From assembly GCA_964577025.1 (NCBI GenBank), contig CAZNVT010000001.1:1135-62295 (forward strand): 61,161 bases of DNA, written 5' to 3'. The position numbers and the translations under genes were made by a program. Origin of the DNA: an uncultured Candidatus Saccharibacteria bacterium. Lineage in GTDB: Bacteria > Patescibacteriota > Minisyncoccia > Phycocordibacterales > Phycocordibacteraceae. The notes beneath the pieces are model-generated. The model was not told where the DNA came from. It was given only the letters and a program-made list of their open reading frames with translations, and ran no database searches. This document shows positions 1-10,094 of this stretch, piece after piece (within the stretch, counting starts at the first letter, position 1; each line of letters starts with the position of its first letter).

Positions 1-50
1 CCCCCCCCCAAACCCCCCCCCCCCCCCCCGCCCCGCCGCCCCCCCCCCTC
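1..50. repeat. near-homopolymer C tract at window/contig edge (probable assembly or sequencing artefact)
   Basis: About 50 nt almost entirely C with a few A/G interruptions. It abuts the stop of the first minus-strand gene. Confidence 0.6.
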
Positions 51-53
51 GGC

Positions 54-491
54 CTAGCTGGCCTTCGATGTGTAGAACGCCGTGGCAAGTTCCTTGATGA
101 ACGGCTGGTAGGTCCAGAGCAGATCTGGACGTTCGAAAGCCTCAATCAGCCTGATGGGCTCGACCAGGAGAGTGTCGCCGTTTTCGTCGCCGAAGCGGTC
201 GTGACGGTCGAAACGTTCCTGCGAAATCTCTGCCTTGCAGAGATACGGGTAGTAGGGCTTGCCCGGGCGCTCCTGGTGAACGAGTTCGATCTCATCCTCT
301 GTGAGGACAATCCCGGTCTCGTCCCTGATTTCCCGGACGGCGGCCTGTTTCAGGGTCTCGCCGTCTTCGATTGAACCTCCGGGGAGGGCGTTTTTCGGAT
401 CTGGTCTATTGGGATTCTTGATGAAGAGCACCTCCCCCTTGGGAGAGATGATGGCCACCTTTACGGCGCCGTTTTTGGTATGAGCTTTCAA
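54..491 (-). CDS. NUDIX hydrolase
   Basis: Nudix box GGSIEDGETLKQAAVREIRDETG in the 145-aa ORF. Confidence 0.85.
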   Translation of the reverse strand: MKAHTKNGAVKVAIISPKGEVLFIKNPNRPDPKNALPGGSIEDGETLKQAAVREIRDETGIVLTEDEIELVHQERPGKPYYPYLCKAEISQERFDRHDRFGDENGDTLLVEPIRLIEAFERPDLLWTYQPFIKELATAFYTSKAS

Positions 492-610
492 AGGTGCCTC
501 CTGGCGGTTGGGGAGGCACCATAGCCTCTGCTATATATAATACTACTTTTCTGTATTTTTGCAAGTATATGATGCGGCTGTTCGCAGGCGCCGTTTGCTA
601 TACTCACCCT

Positions 611-1483
611 ATGAATCCTGAAGAGCGCATAGCGGAAATAGAAGCGCTTATGGCGTCTCCCACATTTTGGACAGACAAGGACGAGGCCCAGAGAGTGGTG
701 CGAGAGTATCAAAGCCTTAAGGAGGGAGGAGATAGTGGGGACGGGCACGACGGCGGGCCAGCCACACTCGCGATTCTTGCAGGGGCCGGTGGAGACGATG
801 CAGAGGATTTTGCAGCGATGCTTCGCAGAATGTACGAAGGGTACGCCAGTCTAAAGGGTTGGGGCGTGCGCGAGCTTGATATGAGTGAGAACAATCACGG
901 AGGCTTCCGCAGTTGTCTCATAGAAATTACGGGGAAGGGAGTGTACGGCAGACTACGCCGAGAATCGGGCGTGCATCGCTTGGTGCGCATTTCGCCATTC
1001 AATGCCAACGACAAGCGCCAGACATCTTTTGCGCTGGTGGAGGTATTGCCCAAGCTCACCGCACAAGACCAGGTAGACCTGCGACCAGATGACCTCGACA
1101 TTCAGTTTGCCCGGTCCGGAGGAGCGGGCGGCCAGAACGTAAACAAGCGCGAAACAGCAGTGCGCATTACCCACACCCCATCGGGAGTGTCGGTGCACGT
1201 ATCAAGCGAGCGCAGTCAGCAAGCTAACCGCGAAAAAGCTATGGAGTTGGTGCGCGCAAAGCTGTATGCGCGCGAGACTGCGCGTCTAGAAGCTGAAGCA
1301 AAAGGGCGAGGAATTGCGAGCACCACCGACAACAGCTGGGGAAGCCAAATGCGCTCATACATCCTGCATCCGTATAAGCTGGTGAAAGACCACAACAGCG
1401 GCCACGAATCACACGATCCAGACGCTGTACTGCGCGGAGAAATAGACAGTTTCATAGACGCTTCAGTCTCTGGCGGGGTATAA
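611..1483 (+). CDS. prfB: peptide chain release factor 2, short N-terminal domain
   Basis: SPF tripeptide (RISPFNA) and GGQ motif (SGGAGGQNVNK). ATG at 611 (MNPEERIAEIE) is chosen because ORF residues from 494-610 look non-coding. Continuous frame, no internal UGA. Confidence 0.85.
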   Translation: MNPEERIAEIEALMASPTFWTDKDEAQRVVREYQSLKEGGDSGDGHDGGPATLAILAGAGGDDAEDFAAMLRRMYEGYASLKGWGVRELDMSENNHGGFRSCLIEITGKGVYGRLRRESGVHRLVRISPFNANDKRQTSFALVEVLPKLTAQDQVDLRPDDLDIQFARSGGAGGQNVNKRETAVRITHTPSGVSVHVSSERSQQANREKAMELVRAKLYARETARLEAEAKGRGIASTTDNSWGSQMRSYILHPYKLVKDHNSGHESHDPDAVLRGEIDSFIDASVSGGV

Positions 1484-1503
1484 TACTAAGCGAAACCTGC
1501 CCT

Positions 1504-2184
1504 ATGATTTATTTCGACAAGGTCACCAAACAGTATCGAGACGGAACACCCGCGCTCGAGGACGTGACCCTCTCGATAGCTCCCAAAGAATTTGTTTCGA
1601 TAGTTGGCCACTCGGGAGCGGGAAAGACCACGCTCCTTAAAATGCTACTTGCAGAGGACGCTCCGACAACCGGCACCGTATTTTTTGAGTCCGTAGACGT
1701 GAACTCTATTCCAAAGGGGAGCTTGCATCACTACCGTCGCAAGATTGGCACCGTGTTCCAGGATTTCCGTCTAATTCCCAACAAGACCGCATACGAAAAC
1801 ATCGCCTTTGCTATGGAAGCAGCTGGTCGCCCGCAGGACGAGATAGAGACCGACGTACCGCACTTCCTCAACCTCGTAGATCTTGCAGACAAGGCACACC
1901 ATTTCCCGCACCAGCTTTCAGGAGGGGAGCAGCAGCGTGTTGCTATTGGTCGCGCCATCATCAATCAGCCCGATGTGATTGTGGCAGACGAACCAACGGG
2001 AAATCTAGATCCGACGAACACCTACGAGGTGATTGAGATTCTCAAAAAGATTAATCAACTGGGTACCACCGTGGTAATTACCACCCACAACAAGGGCGTG
2101 GTAGACGCACTCGGCAAGCGCGTGATTACGATGGACAAGGGTCGCATCGTGCGCGATGACAGTCAGGGTCAGTATCAAGTGTAA
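1504..2184 (+). CDS. ftsE: cell-division ABC ATPase FtsE
   Basis: Walker A GHSGAGKTT, signature LSGGEQQR, Walker B VIVADEPTGNLD. Immediately followed by ftsX. Confidence 0.9.
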   Translation: MIYFDKVTKQYRDGTPALEDVTLSIAPKEFVSIVGHSGAGKTTLLKMLLAEDAPTTGTVFFESVDVNSIPKGSLHHYRRKIGTVFQDFRLIPNKTAYENIAFAMEAAGRPQDEIETDVPHFLNLVDLADKAHHFPHQLSGGEQQRVAIGRAIINQPDVIVADEPTGNLDPTNTYEVIEILKKINQLGTTVVITTHNKGVVDALGKRVITMDKGRIVRDDSQGQYQV

Positions 2185-2195
2185 TTTCTAGTACT

Positions 2196-3122
2196 ATGCT
2201 TTCAACTTCACTCAAACGCGTTCTATCTGCCGGAGCAAAAAGTTTTGTACGCAGTGGCGTCGTATCATTTGCCACCGTGCTCATTATGACGGTGACAATG
2301 ATCATCATTGGTTCACTCGTGTTCCTCTCGGCAATGCTTGGGAACACCCTCACCGTTATCAAAGACAAGGTGGACGTAAACGTCTACTTCGTTACGAATG
2401 CAGACGAGGCCGACATTCTCTCGGTGCAGCGAAAGCTTGAAGCACTCCCGGATGTTGCAAAGGTCACCTACACGTCCCGCGAGGACGCACTCGCTAGCTT
2501 CCGTGAGCGCTACAGCAACGACCAACTCACACTCCAGGCACTCGATGAACTCGGAGACAACCCACTGGGTGCATCTCTTGCGGTAAAGGCAAACGACCCA
2601 TCTGAGTACGAGGGCATTGTGAAGTTCCTCTCGGACGATCCATCAGTATCACCAGAGTCGGGTCCCATCATCGACCGTATCAACTACTACCAGAACAAGA
2701 CAGTGATAGATCGCCTTACGGCAGCAATTGATACCACTGAACGCGCAGGTCTTGGTATTGTGCTCCTGTTCGCACTGGCGTCTCTCATTATTGCGTTTAC
2801 CACCGTGCGCCTTGCTATCTACACAGCGCGCGACGAAATCGCCGTAATGCGTCTCGTGGGTGCGTCTAATATGTACATTCGCGGACCATTTGTTGTGGCG
2901 GGGGTAATGTCGGGAGTACTGGCGGCACTCTTAGCTCTTCTGTTCTTCTACCCAGCTACGTATTGGGCGGGCAGTTCGCTCTCGGCGTGGCTTGGCGGAT
3001 TTAACCTCTTCTCCTATTACCTTGATCACTTCCCACTGGTATTCCTTTTGCTTGTCGCGTCAGGATTTGTGATAGGAGGTCTCGCTAGTTTCCTTGCGGT
3101 GCGCAGATACTTGAAGGTCTAG
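2196..3122 (+). CDS. ftsX: cell-division permease-like protein FtsX
   Basis: N-terminal TM, large extracytoplasmic loop and 3 C-terminal TMs. Sits next to ftsE. Confidence 0.85.
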   Translation: MLSTSLKRVLSAGAKSFVRSGVVSFATVLIMTVTMIIIGSLVFLSAMLGNTLTVIKDKVDVNVYFVTNADEADILSVQRKLEALPDVAKVTYTSREDALASFRERYSNDQLTLQALDELGDNPLGASLAVKANDPSEYEGIVKFLSDDPSVSPESGPIIDRINYYQNKTVIDRLTAAIDTTERAGLGIVLLFALASLIIAFTTVRLAIYTARDEIAVMRLVGASNMYIRGPFVVAGVMSGVLAALLALLFFYPATYWAGSSLSAWLGGFNLFSYYLDHFPLVFLLLVASGFVIGGLASFLAVRRYLKV

Positions 3123-3132
3123 GTTCTCGGAT

Positions 3133-4779
3133 ATGGCACTCGACGGACACAAATACCTATTCGTACTCGGGGGAGTAATGTCGGGAGTCGGGAAAGGAAT
3201 CGCATCATCATCGATGGCGCTCATATTGAAGCAGCGCGGGTACGAGGTGAATCTCGTAAAGATTGATCCGTACTTAAATGTGGACGCAGGTACGATGAAT
3301 CCCACCGAGCACGGCGAGGTGTTTGTGCTGAAGAGTGGTCTTGAGACCGACCAGGATATGGGCAACTACGAGCGATTCCTCAATCGCGACCTGGGGCCCG
3401 AAGACTATATGACCAGCGGTATGGTGTACCAGACGGTAATTAACAAGGAACGCGCACTCGAATATAAGGGAAAGTTTGTTGAAACTATCCCGCACGTGCG
3501 CGATGAAATCATTGAGCGCCTCGAGAGAGCCGCTGGTCACAATGGCAGTCAGATATCGGTGATTGAAATAGGAGGAACGGTGGGGGATTTCCAGAATGGT
3601 CTGTTCATAGAAGCGGCGCGCGTTATGCGCTTGAAGCATCCAAACGATGTGCAGTTCGTATTGGTGTCGTATCTGCCGGTGCCAAACACTATCGGTGAGA
3701 TGAAAACAAAGCCTACACAAAGCGCCGTGCGTGAGCTCAATTCCTACGGAGTGCAACCTGATTTCATTTTGGCTCGAAGCAACGATCCTATGGACGAGAA
3801 GCGAAAGGAGAAGCTGGCAATTTGGTGCAATGTTCCTGCTCAGCACATAATCTCAGCGCCAGACGTGGCGAGCATTTACGATGTGCCGCTTAATTTTGAA
3901 AAAGACAACCTTGGCGACCTGCTGCTTGATGCGCTACGGCTTCCTAAAGATACTCCTGCGGACTTTACTGCGTGGGGAGATTTTGTGGATCGTGTAAAGA
4001 AAGGAGGACCCGAAGTGCGCATTGGTATTGTGGGAAAGTACTTTGATACCGGGGACTTTGTATTGTCAGACGCGTACTTATCGGTCATAGAGGCGCTGAA
4101 GTTTTCGGGAGCTAGCATTGGCGTGAAGCCAAAAATTGAGTGGCTCAACGCAAAAGACTTCCAGAATGGGGAAGGAGTGGAAAAGCTCGGTGAGTACGAC
4201 GGCATCATTGTGCCAGGAGGATTTGGTGAGACGGGTATAGAGGGCAAGCTACACGCTATTCGATACGCACGTGAGAACAAGATTCCATACTTTGGCCTTT
4301 GCTACGGTATGCAGCTTATGGTGGTGGAGTATGCACGCAACGTGCTTGGACTTAATGGCGCACACACCGTGGAAATTAATCCCGATGCAGAGCACCCCGT
4401 TGTCGCAATGATGGACGCACAAAAGGAAATTCTCGCGAAAGGGCAATATGGCGGCACGATGCGTTTGGGTAATTACATCGAGCACGTGGTTCCGGATACT
4501 ATTGCTCATAGTGCATACGGCAAGGAAGAAGTAGAGGAGCGTCACCGCCACCGCTACGAAATAAATCCCGCATACGTAGAACAGCTCAAGGCTGCAGGAC
4601 TCGTGTTCTCAGGCACCAGTCCCGACGGCGTACTTATGGAAATAGCAGAGCTGCCGCAGTCGGTGCACCCGTTTTTCCTCGGAACCCAGGCACACCCAGA
4701 ACTTATTGCGCGCCCACTCGACCCGCACCCACTGTTTTCCGCATTTCTTGCAGCTTCTCGAACAAAGCGTGGGGTGTAA
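3133..4779 (+). CDS. pyrG: CTP synthase
   Basis: N-terminal GGVMSGVGKGIASSS. Glutamine amidotransferase GLCYGMQ cysteine and HRHRYE motif. 548 aa. Confidence 0.95.
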   Translation: MALDGHKYLFVLGGVMSGVGKGIASSSMALILKQRGYEVNLVKIDPYLNVDAGTMNPTEHGEVFVLKSGLETDQDMGNYERFLNRDLGPEDYMTSGMVYQTVINKERALEYKGKFVETIPHVRDEIIERLERAAGHNGSQISVIEIGGTVGDFQNGLFIEAARVMRLKHPNDVQFVLVSYLPVPNTIGEMKTKPTQSAVRELNSYGVQPDFILARSNDPMDEKRKEKLAIWCNVPAQHIISAPDVASIYDVPLNFEKDNLGDLLLDALRLPKDTPADFTAWGDFVDRVKKGGPEVRIGIVGKYFDTGDFVLSDAYLSVIEALKFSGASIGVKPKIEWLNAKDFQNGEGVEKLGEYDGIIVPGGFGETGIEGKLHAIRYARENKIPYFGLCYGMQLMVVEYARNVLGLNGAHTVEINPDAEHPVVAMMDAQKEILAKGQYGGTMRLGNYIEHVVPDTIAHSAYGKEEVEERHRHRYEINPAYVEQLKAAGLVFSGTSPDGVLMEIAELPQSVHPFFLGTQAHPELIARPLDPHPLFSAFLAASRTKRGV

Positions 4780-4861
4780 GCACTGTGCACGTGTGCGTAA
4801 GAGTGCCTGTGAGCAAGCGTTATACTAGTAAGGAACACTAGTAATTACCTAATCAGTACGT

Positions 4862-5131
4862 ATGTCGCCACATCTTAAGTCTTTGGTAGCTATTCTCGTT
4901 GTTGTACTCGTTATCGCCGGAGGATACTTTGGCTGGCAGTGGTATGACAGTAAGTACGGAGGGGGTTCGGCCGTCTTCACTGAAGTACCCGCAACGCTTC
5001 CAAGTGGTACCAGTACCACCGACGATTCACTTGCAAAGGATGCAGCTTCGATAGATGCAGAGCTAAAGGCGCTCGATACTGACAGTGCCTCAGCAGATGC
5101 AAGTATCAAGGAGGCGCAGACGGTACAGTAA
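4862..5131 (+). CDS. small membrane-anchored hypothetical protein
   Basis: 89-aa ORF with one N-terminal TM helix (LVAILVVVLVIAGGYFGW) and an acidic Ser/Ala-rich tail. Confidence 0.5.
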   Translation: MSPHLKSLVAILVVVLVIAGGYFGWQWYDSKYGGGSAVFTEVPATLPSGTSTTDDSLAKDAASIDAELKALDTDSASADASIKEAQTVQ

Positions 5132-5160
5132 TTTGTCATTTTGTAACCTACTGAAATTTC

Positions 5161-6087
5161 ATGAAACCAACACAAACAGCGCTCACGCTACTTCTGGGAG
5201 GCATACTCGCCGTAAGTCCAGTTGCAGCGCTTGCAAACGAATCTGGTGATGATTCGGTATCAGCTTCTGCAACGGTAGAAGCGAATGCAGACGTCCGCGC
5301 CGGAGATCGCGAGCACCCACGTGGGGGCATCCTAGATCGTGTGCTCAAGGACCGTCCAGGAATCGAGGATCGCTTCCGTCTAGGAAATGGAAGCTCGACT
5401 CAGGGTCGCCCTGCGTCCACGACGCGCCCTGAAAGGGAGCATATGGAGAAGCCTGAGCATCCGGCAGATCCCGCAAAGGCACAGGAGCGCGGAGGAGAGA
5501 AGATAGACGAGCGCATCAAGAAGATGCAGGAGCAAATTACCCGCATCGCAAAGATGGAGCGCTTGTCTGACGAGCAGAAGGCATCTATTACTGCAGAGTT
5601 GAATGCGCAGATAACGGCGCTTACCACACTCAAGGCAAGTATTGGCACCGAGACCGATCCTATAAAGCTAAAGGATCTTACTCAGTCCATTACTAAGGCC
5701 TATCGTGTGTACGCAGTCACGATGCCAAAGGCAGCTATCACCGCTGCAAGTGATCGCATTATGAAGGTTGTAGCGCAGATGGAAGCGATCACAGTAAAGC
5801 TTGATACTCGCGTAAGCGCATCAAGCTCGACTGAAGCCGCCACTGCACTTACTGACTTCAAAGCAAAAGTAGCTGATGCAAAGGTGCAGGCACAGGCAGC
5901 TGCAAGCCTCGTGGCAAACCTTTCAGCCGATAATGGCGACGCTACGGTAGCAGCTTCAAACACGGCTGCCATGAAGAGCGCAAAGGAAAAAATTGACCTA
6001 GCCCAGAAAGACCTCAAGGACGCCCGCAAGGACATCGGGACTATCCTGAAGGCTGTGAAGGGAACAGAGACTCCGTCTAATTCCTAG
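5161..6087 (+). CDS. secreted alanine-rich coiled-coil protein, function unknown
   Basis: Signal-peptide-like N-terminus (LLLGGILAVSPVAALA) and a long helical Ala/Lys/Thr-rich region. Followed by a strong terminator. Confidence 0.6.
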   Translation: MKPTQTALTLLLGGILAVSPVAALANESGDDSVSASATVEANADVRAGDREHPRGGILDRVLKDRPGIEDRFRLGNGSSTQGRPASTTRPEREHMEKPEHPADPAKAQERGGEKIDERIKKMQEQITRIAKMERLSDEQKASITAELNAQITALTTLKASIGTETDPIKLKDLTQSITKAYRVYAVTMPKAAITAASDRIMKVVAQMEAITVKLDTRVSASSSTEAATALTDFKAKVADAKVQAQAAASLVANLSADNGDATVAASNTAAMKSAKEKIDLAQKDLKDARKDIGTILKAVKGTETPSNS

Positions 6088-6105
6088 TACTGGAATAGAG
6101 GCAGG

Positions 6106-6139
6106 AAAACCCCACCAGCTTGAAGCTGGTGGGGTTTTC
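6106..6139 (+). terminator. intrinsic terminator
   Basis: AAAACCCCACCAGC-TTGAA-GCTGGTGGGGTTTT hairpin with U-tract. Confidence 0.85.
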
Positions 6140-6182
6140 TAGTATTGTGCACACAGCAGGCACGTTTTACGTGCCTCGCTAT

Positions 6183-6256
6183 TGCGGGATCGTCTAATGG
6201 TAGGACTTCGGTTTCTGGTACCGACTATCTAGGTTCGAGTCCTAGTCCCGCAGCCA
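6183..6256 (+). tRNA. tRNA-Gln (anticodon CUG), CCA encoded
   Basis: Acceptor TGCGGGA/TCCCGCA with U1:A72. Anticodon stem TCGGT/ACCGA with loop TTCTGGT. T arm CTAGG-TTCGAGT-CCTAG. Discriminator G, then CCA. Confidence 0.9.
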
Positions 6257-6353
6257 ACTCGAGCTAGGTTATCGCGCACGAGACGCGTCGATAACTTGGG
6301 GGAAAGTTTCTCCATCCCGAAAAGGCATACCGGCTGAGAGCCGTATTCAGAAC

Positions 6354-6381
6354 AAAAAACCGCCTTATGGGCGGTTTTTTG
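6354..6381. terminator. A/U-flanked hairpin (bidirectional terminator-like)
   Basis: AAAAAACCGCC-TTATG-GGCGGTTTTTTG, just upstream of the first CDF gene. Confidence 0.6.
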
Positions 6382-6394
6382 TTATTATGACTCT

Positions 6395-7309
6395 ATGAGC
6401 GGAAATCATAATCACGGCCACGATGCCGGTCGGGGCCTCGGTTTTGGCTTCCTCATTAACACCTCTTTTGTTGTCATCGAGTTCACCGCAGGAATCTTTT
6501 CAAACAGTCTGGCACTCATATCGGACTCGGTACACAACCTAACGGATAGTTTTAGTATTCTGTTGTCGTATCTTGCTAACCGTATTGGAAAGCGTCAGGC
6601 AGATACCACTAAGACGTTTGGGTATGGCCGCGCAACCATTTTAGCGGCCGCAATCAATGCGACCATATTGCTCGTCACTAGCGTCTTCATCTTCTACGAG
6701 GCATATCAGCGACTAATGCATCCAGAGCCAGTGAGCGGAGGTATTGTGGCCATAATTGCCGCTATTGGAATTCTCTCTAATGGAGCGGTTGCTTTTGTGG
6801 TATCTCGCAACAAGCATGACCTCAACTCCCGTGCGATTTTCGTGAGCAATTTGATGGACACGCTTTCATCTCTTGGTGCACTTATCGCCGGTATCGTTAT
6901 TTTAGTAACGCATCAAACATGGGCAGACCCGCTCATCAGTCTCCTCATTGGCGTACTGCTTCTTCGAGCAGCGTGGGAAATAATTCGTGACGCGTCCAGT
7001 GTACTTCTTGAAAGCGTTCCCAAGGGTATTGATGCTCTGAAGGTAAAGGAATCTATTCTTGGGATTGAACACATACGCGACTTGGACGACCTCCATATTT
7101 GGACTATGGGAGCGGGGGAAGCGGCGCTTAGCTGTCATATCGTCATTGACGATTGCTCTGTTAAGGAAGGGGTAAAAATCGTTAGTGTTTTGAAGCAAAT
7201 GCTCTCTACAAAATACAGCATCACTCACTCCACTATTGAGACACAAACCGAGAGCGGTCCTCATGATAACGAGCGCGCGGACGAGGGCCTGTCCGCACTC
7301 CACCTCTAG
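6395..7309 (+). CDS. czcD: cation diffusion facilitator (CzcD/ZitB-type) metal efflux transporter
   Basis: His-rich N-terminus (GNHNHGHD), six TMs, CDF signature region HNLTDSFS...TFGYGRA, C-terminal cytoplasmic domain. Confidence 0.85.
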   Translation: MSGNHNHGHDAGRGLGFGFLINTSFVVIEFTAGIFSNSLALISDSVHNLTDSFSILLSYLANRIGKRQADTTKTFGYGRATILAAAINATILLVTSVFIFYEAYQRLMHPEPVSGGIVAIIAAIGILSNGAVAFVVSRNKHDLNSRAIFVSNLMDTLSSLGALIAGIVILVTHQTWADPLISLLIGVLLLRAAWEIIRDASSVLLESVPKGIDALKVKESILGIEHIRDLDDLHIWTMGAGEAALSCHIVIDDCSVKEGVKIVSVLKQMLSTKYSITHSTIETQTESGPHDNERADEGLSALHL

Positions 7310-7330
7310 AAAAAAGGTATACTTACCACA

Positions 7331-7738
7331 ATGCTCTCTATAAAGAATAGCTTCCTTACCCTCGGAATAGGAACCTTCTTATTTATGAGTCTTTTCGGAA
7401 TGTTCCATTCCGCTATGAGTATGTCGATGGATGGAAAGATGTCCGATTGTCCATTCATGCCTGGTATGAATGTCTGCCCTATGTCTCCACTTGAACATGT
7501 ATCGTTCATGCAGAGTTTCTTCACGAATATCCCTCAACAGGAGAATCCTTTGCTCGCACTTCTGTTCTCACTCGCATTTGTCGCATTCGTAAGCGTCACT
7601 TGGTTTAAAAGATTCTTCTCGCCCCCCGATCCGAATTTAAGAGCGCTACAACATTTATATAGACAGAGATCCTTTTCAATTCTTCGTTTGCTTCAGGAAC
7701 TTTTTTCTCAGGGAATACTGAACCCCAAGCCGTTCTAG
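7331..7738 (+). CDS. Met/Cys-rich membrane protein, putative metal-binding
   Basis: MSMSMDGKMSDCPFMPGMNVCPMSPLEH between two TM helices. Lies directly upstream of copA. Confidence 0.55.
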   Translation: MLSIKNSFLTLGIGTFLFMSLFGMFHSAMSMSMDGKMSDCPFMPGMNVCPMSPLEHVSFMQSFFTNIPQQENPLLALLFSLAFVAFVSVTWFKRFFSPPDPNLRALQHLYRQRSFSILRLLQELFSQGILNPKPF

Positions 7739-7795
7739 GTCGTAGTTATTCTGCTCTCTAGCAGAATATTCTTCTTACTTATTAGAGATATCACT

Positions 7796-10090
7796 ATGGC
7801 TCAATCTAATACCTACAAAATCAAAGGCATGCATTGTGCCTCATGTGCGGGAATCATTGAAAAGACGTTCAAGAAGAAAGAAGGTGTCCATTCAGCGGAA
7901 GCAAACTACGGTACTGAAAGTGTGAAGGTCGCCTACGACGCAGAGAAGACCTCGCCAGAGCACCTCTCCAAGTCCATAGAGCCACTTGGCTACTCGCTCA
8001 TTCTGCCTACCGCAGAAGAGATGGGTATGTCCGCAGACGAACACGCAGGACATCTTGGTCTCAATCAGTCCAAGAAGGAGAAGCTCGCTGAACTTGCGGA
8101 TATGCGAGGCAAGGTGATTGTGTCTATCCCGATGGCTATTATTAGCGGTCTGATAATGGGCTGGGAACTGTTGGCACAGTTCAGTGTGCTTCCACCCGTT
8201 CCCTACGTTTGGAGTGAGTTTTTCCACCACCTCCTGCCACTGATGGCTACGTATATGCTCTTCGTGGTAGGCAAGCCGTACCTCTTGGGCTTCTACCGCT
8301 TCTTGCGCTATGGAAAGGCGAATATGGATACGCTCATCGGTATCGGTACATCAGCAGCGTATCTCTATAGTGCAATCATAATGGCGTTTGAGGAGACACT
8401 GCGCCCATTCATCAACGTAGACCACACGTACTACGACGTTGCGATAGTGGTCATTGCCTTCATAACGCTCGGCAAATACCTCGAGGCGAAGTCCAAGCTC
8501 AAGACAGGCGATGCGATAGAGAAACTACTCAACCTCCAAGCGAAGACCGCGCTCGTTGTGCGCGACGGTAAAGAAGTCGAGATACCTTCAGCACAGATTG
8601 TTCACGGAGATATAGTGGTCGTGAAGCCCGCAGGCAAGATACCTGTAGATGGCGTTATTACAGAGGGTACCTCGTTCGTGAATGAGGCGATGATAACAGG
8701 AGAGCCGATGCCCGCAGAAAAGAAAGTGGGTGATACGGTCGTGGGTGGCACACTAAACACGAGTGGCTCGTTCACCTTCAGAGCTACCAAAATCGGGTCA
8801 GAGACCCTGCTCGCCCGCATCGTGAAAATGGTGGAAGAAGCACAGGGTAGTAAAGCGCCGATACAGGCGCTCGCAGACAGAATATCGAGCATCTTCGTGC
8901 CCGTGGTACTTGTGCTTGCATTCCTCTCGCTCGGCACGTGGCTGCTTCTGGGTACTCCGTATCTTGGTTTCGCCCAAGCGCTCTCGTTTGGTCTCGTGTC
9001 ATTCGTGGGTATCCTCGTTATTGCGTGCCCTTGTGCGCTCGGTCTCGCAACCCCTACGGCTATCATCGTTGGTGTTGGGAAAGGAGCGAAGGAAGGCATC
9101 CTTATCAAGGATGCTGCGACGCTTCAGAAGCTCCATACGGTGAACACCGTCGTTCTTGATAAGACAGGAACGATTACTCGCGGCAAGCCCGAAGTTGCTT
9201 CAGTACGCAGCTTTGCTGGTCTGCCCGAAGATGAGCTGGTAGCTATTCTTGCGACACTTGAGAAGAAGTCGGAACATCCGATTGCACACGCCATTATCTC
9301 CCGAGCCGAAGAAAAGGGTCTTACTTTGCGAGCAGTAGATGGATTTGAGGCGCTCAAAGGAAAGGGTGTAAAGGGGACTATAGACGGTACTGAATACTAC
9401 GCGGGTAATGCAAAGCTCGTAGCTGATTTAGGTCTCGCACTTGATAGCTCGGTTCTCGACGAGGAAACGAAAGCTGGCAATACGCCTGTCCTCCTTGCTA
9501 CGAAGAGCAAACTGCTTGGCCTCGTTATGGTCGCAGATACAGTGAAGCCCGAAGCGAAGGAGGCAGTCGCTGCGCTCCATAAGCTCGGCATCAAGGTCGT
9601 AATGCTCACGGGAGACGATAAGAATGCCGCAGCATACATCGCTAAAGAAGTCGGCATAGACGAGGTGGTTGCAGAGGTGCTTCCTGAAGACAAGCTCAAC
9701 ACGATAAAGAAGCTGCAGGCCGAAGGGAGGATTGTGGCTATGGCAGGAGATGGCGTAAACGATGCACCTGCACTTGCACAAGCCGACGTAGGTATCGCAA
9801 TGGCGACAGGCACGGACGTAGCGATAGAAACAGCAGGCATAGCACTTCTGAATGGAGACATCTCCAAACTCGTGAAAGCCATAAAGCTCTCGAAGATAAC
9901 GATGCGCGGCATCAAGCAAAATCTCTTCTGGGCATTCATCTATAACATCGTCGGCATACCGCTTGCGGGTGGATTGTTCTATCCGTTCTTCGGCTGGCTT
10001 CTCAACCCTGTCTTTGCAGGTCTCGCAATGGCGTTCTCAAGCGTCTCGGTCGTGGGCAACTCATTACGCATCAAGTCGCAATCCCTCTAA
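7796..10090 (+). CDS. copA: copper-translocating P1B-type ATPase
   Basis: N-terminal HMA domain [14 protein letters not shown] motif ([11 protein letters not shown]), DKTGT phosphorylation site, GDGVNDAP hinge. Confidence 0.95.
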   Translation: MAQSNTYKIKGMHCASCAGIIEKTFKKKEGVHSAEANYGTESVKVAYDAEKTSPEHLSKSIEPLGYSLILPTAEEMGMSADEHAGHLGLNQSKKEKLAELADMRGKVIVSIPMAIISGLIMGWELLAQFSVLPPVPYVWSEFFHHLLPLMATYMLFVVGKPYLLGFYRFLRYGKANMDTLIGIGTSAAYLYSAIIMAFEETLRPFINVDHTYYDVAIVVIAFITLGKYLEAKSKLKTGDAIEKLLNLQAKTALVVRDGKEVEIPSAQIVHGDIVVVKPAGKIPVDGVITEGTSFVNEAMITGEPMPAEKKVGDTVVGGTLNTSGSFTFRATKIGSETLLARIVKMVEEAQGSKAPIQALADRISSIFVPVVLVLAFLSLGTWLLLGTPYLGFAQALSFGLVSFVGILVIACPCALGLATPTAIIVGVGKGAKEGILIKDAATLQKLHTVNTVVLDKTGTITRGKPEVASVRSFAGLPEDELVAILATLEKKSEHPIAHAIISRAEEKGLTLRAVDGFEALKGKGVKGTIDGTEYYAGNAKLVADLGLALDSSVLDEETKAGNTPVLLATKSKLLGLVMVADTVKPEAKEAVAALHKLGIKVVMLTGDDKNAAAYIAKEVGIDEVVAEVLPEDKLNTIKKLQAEGRIVAMAGDGVNDAPALAQADVGIAMATGTDVAIETAGIALLNGDISKLVKAIKLSKITMRGIKQNLFWAFIYNIVGIPLAGGLFYPFFGWLLNPVFAGLAMAFSSVSVVGNSLRIKSQSL

Positions 10091-10094
10091 TCCT

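Noticed and set aside
1-50. Poly-C tract considered as a biological i-motif/G-quadruplex element or telomere-like end
   Set aside because: It sits exactly at the window/contig edge, is almost pure homopolymer and has no partner structure. It is much more likely a sequencing or assembly artefact.
494-610. N-terminal 39-aa extension of the RF2 ORF (and the antisense 86-aa ORF 488-748)
   Set aside because: The extension is AT-rich and promoter-like, with no RF homology. The RF2-like sequence begins at ATG 611.
9963-10094. Upstream extension of the HMA-membrane ORF overlapping copA by 128 nt
   Set aside because: The extension is out-of-frame read-through of the copA 3' end. A clean ATG at 10095 starts the HMA domain right after the copA stop.
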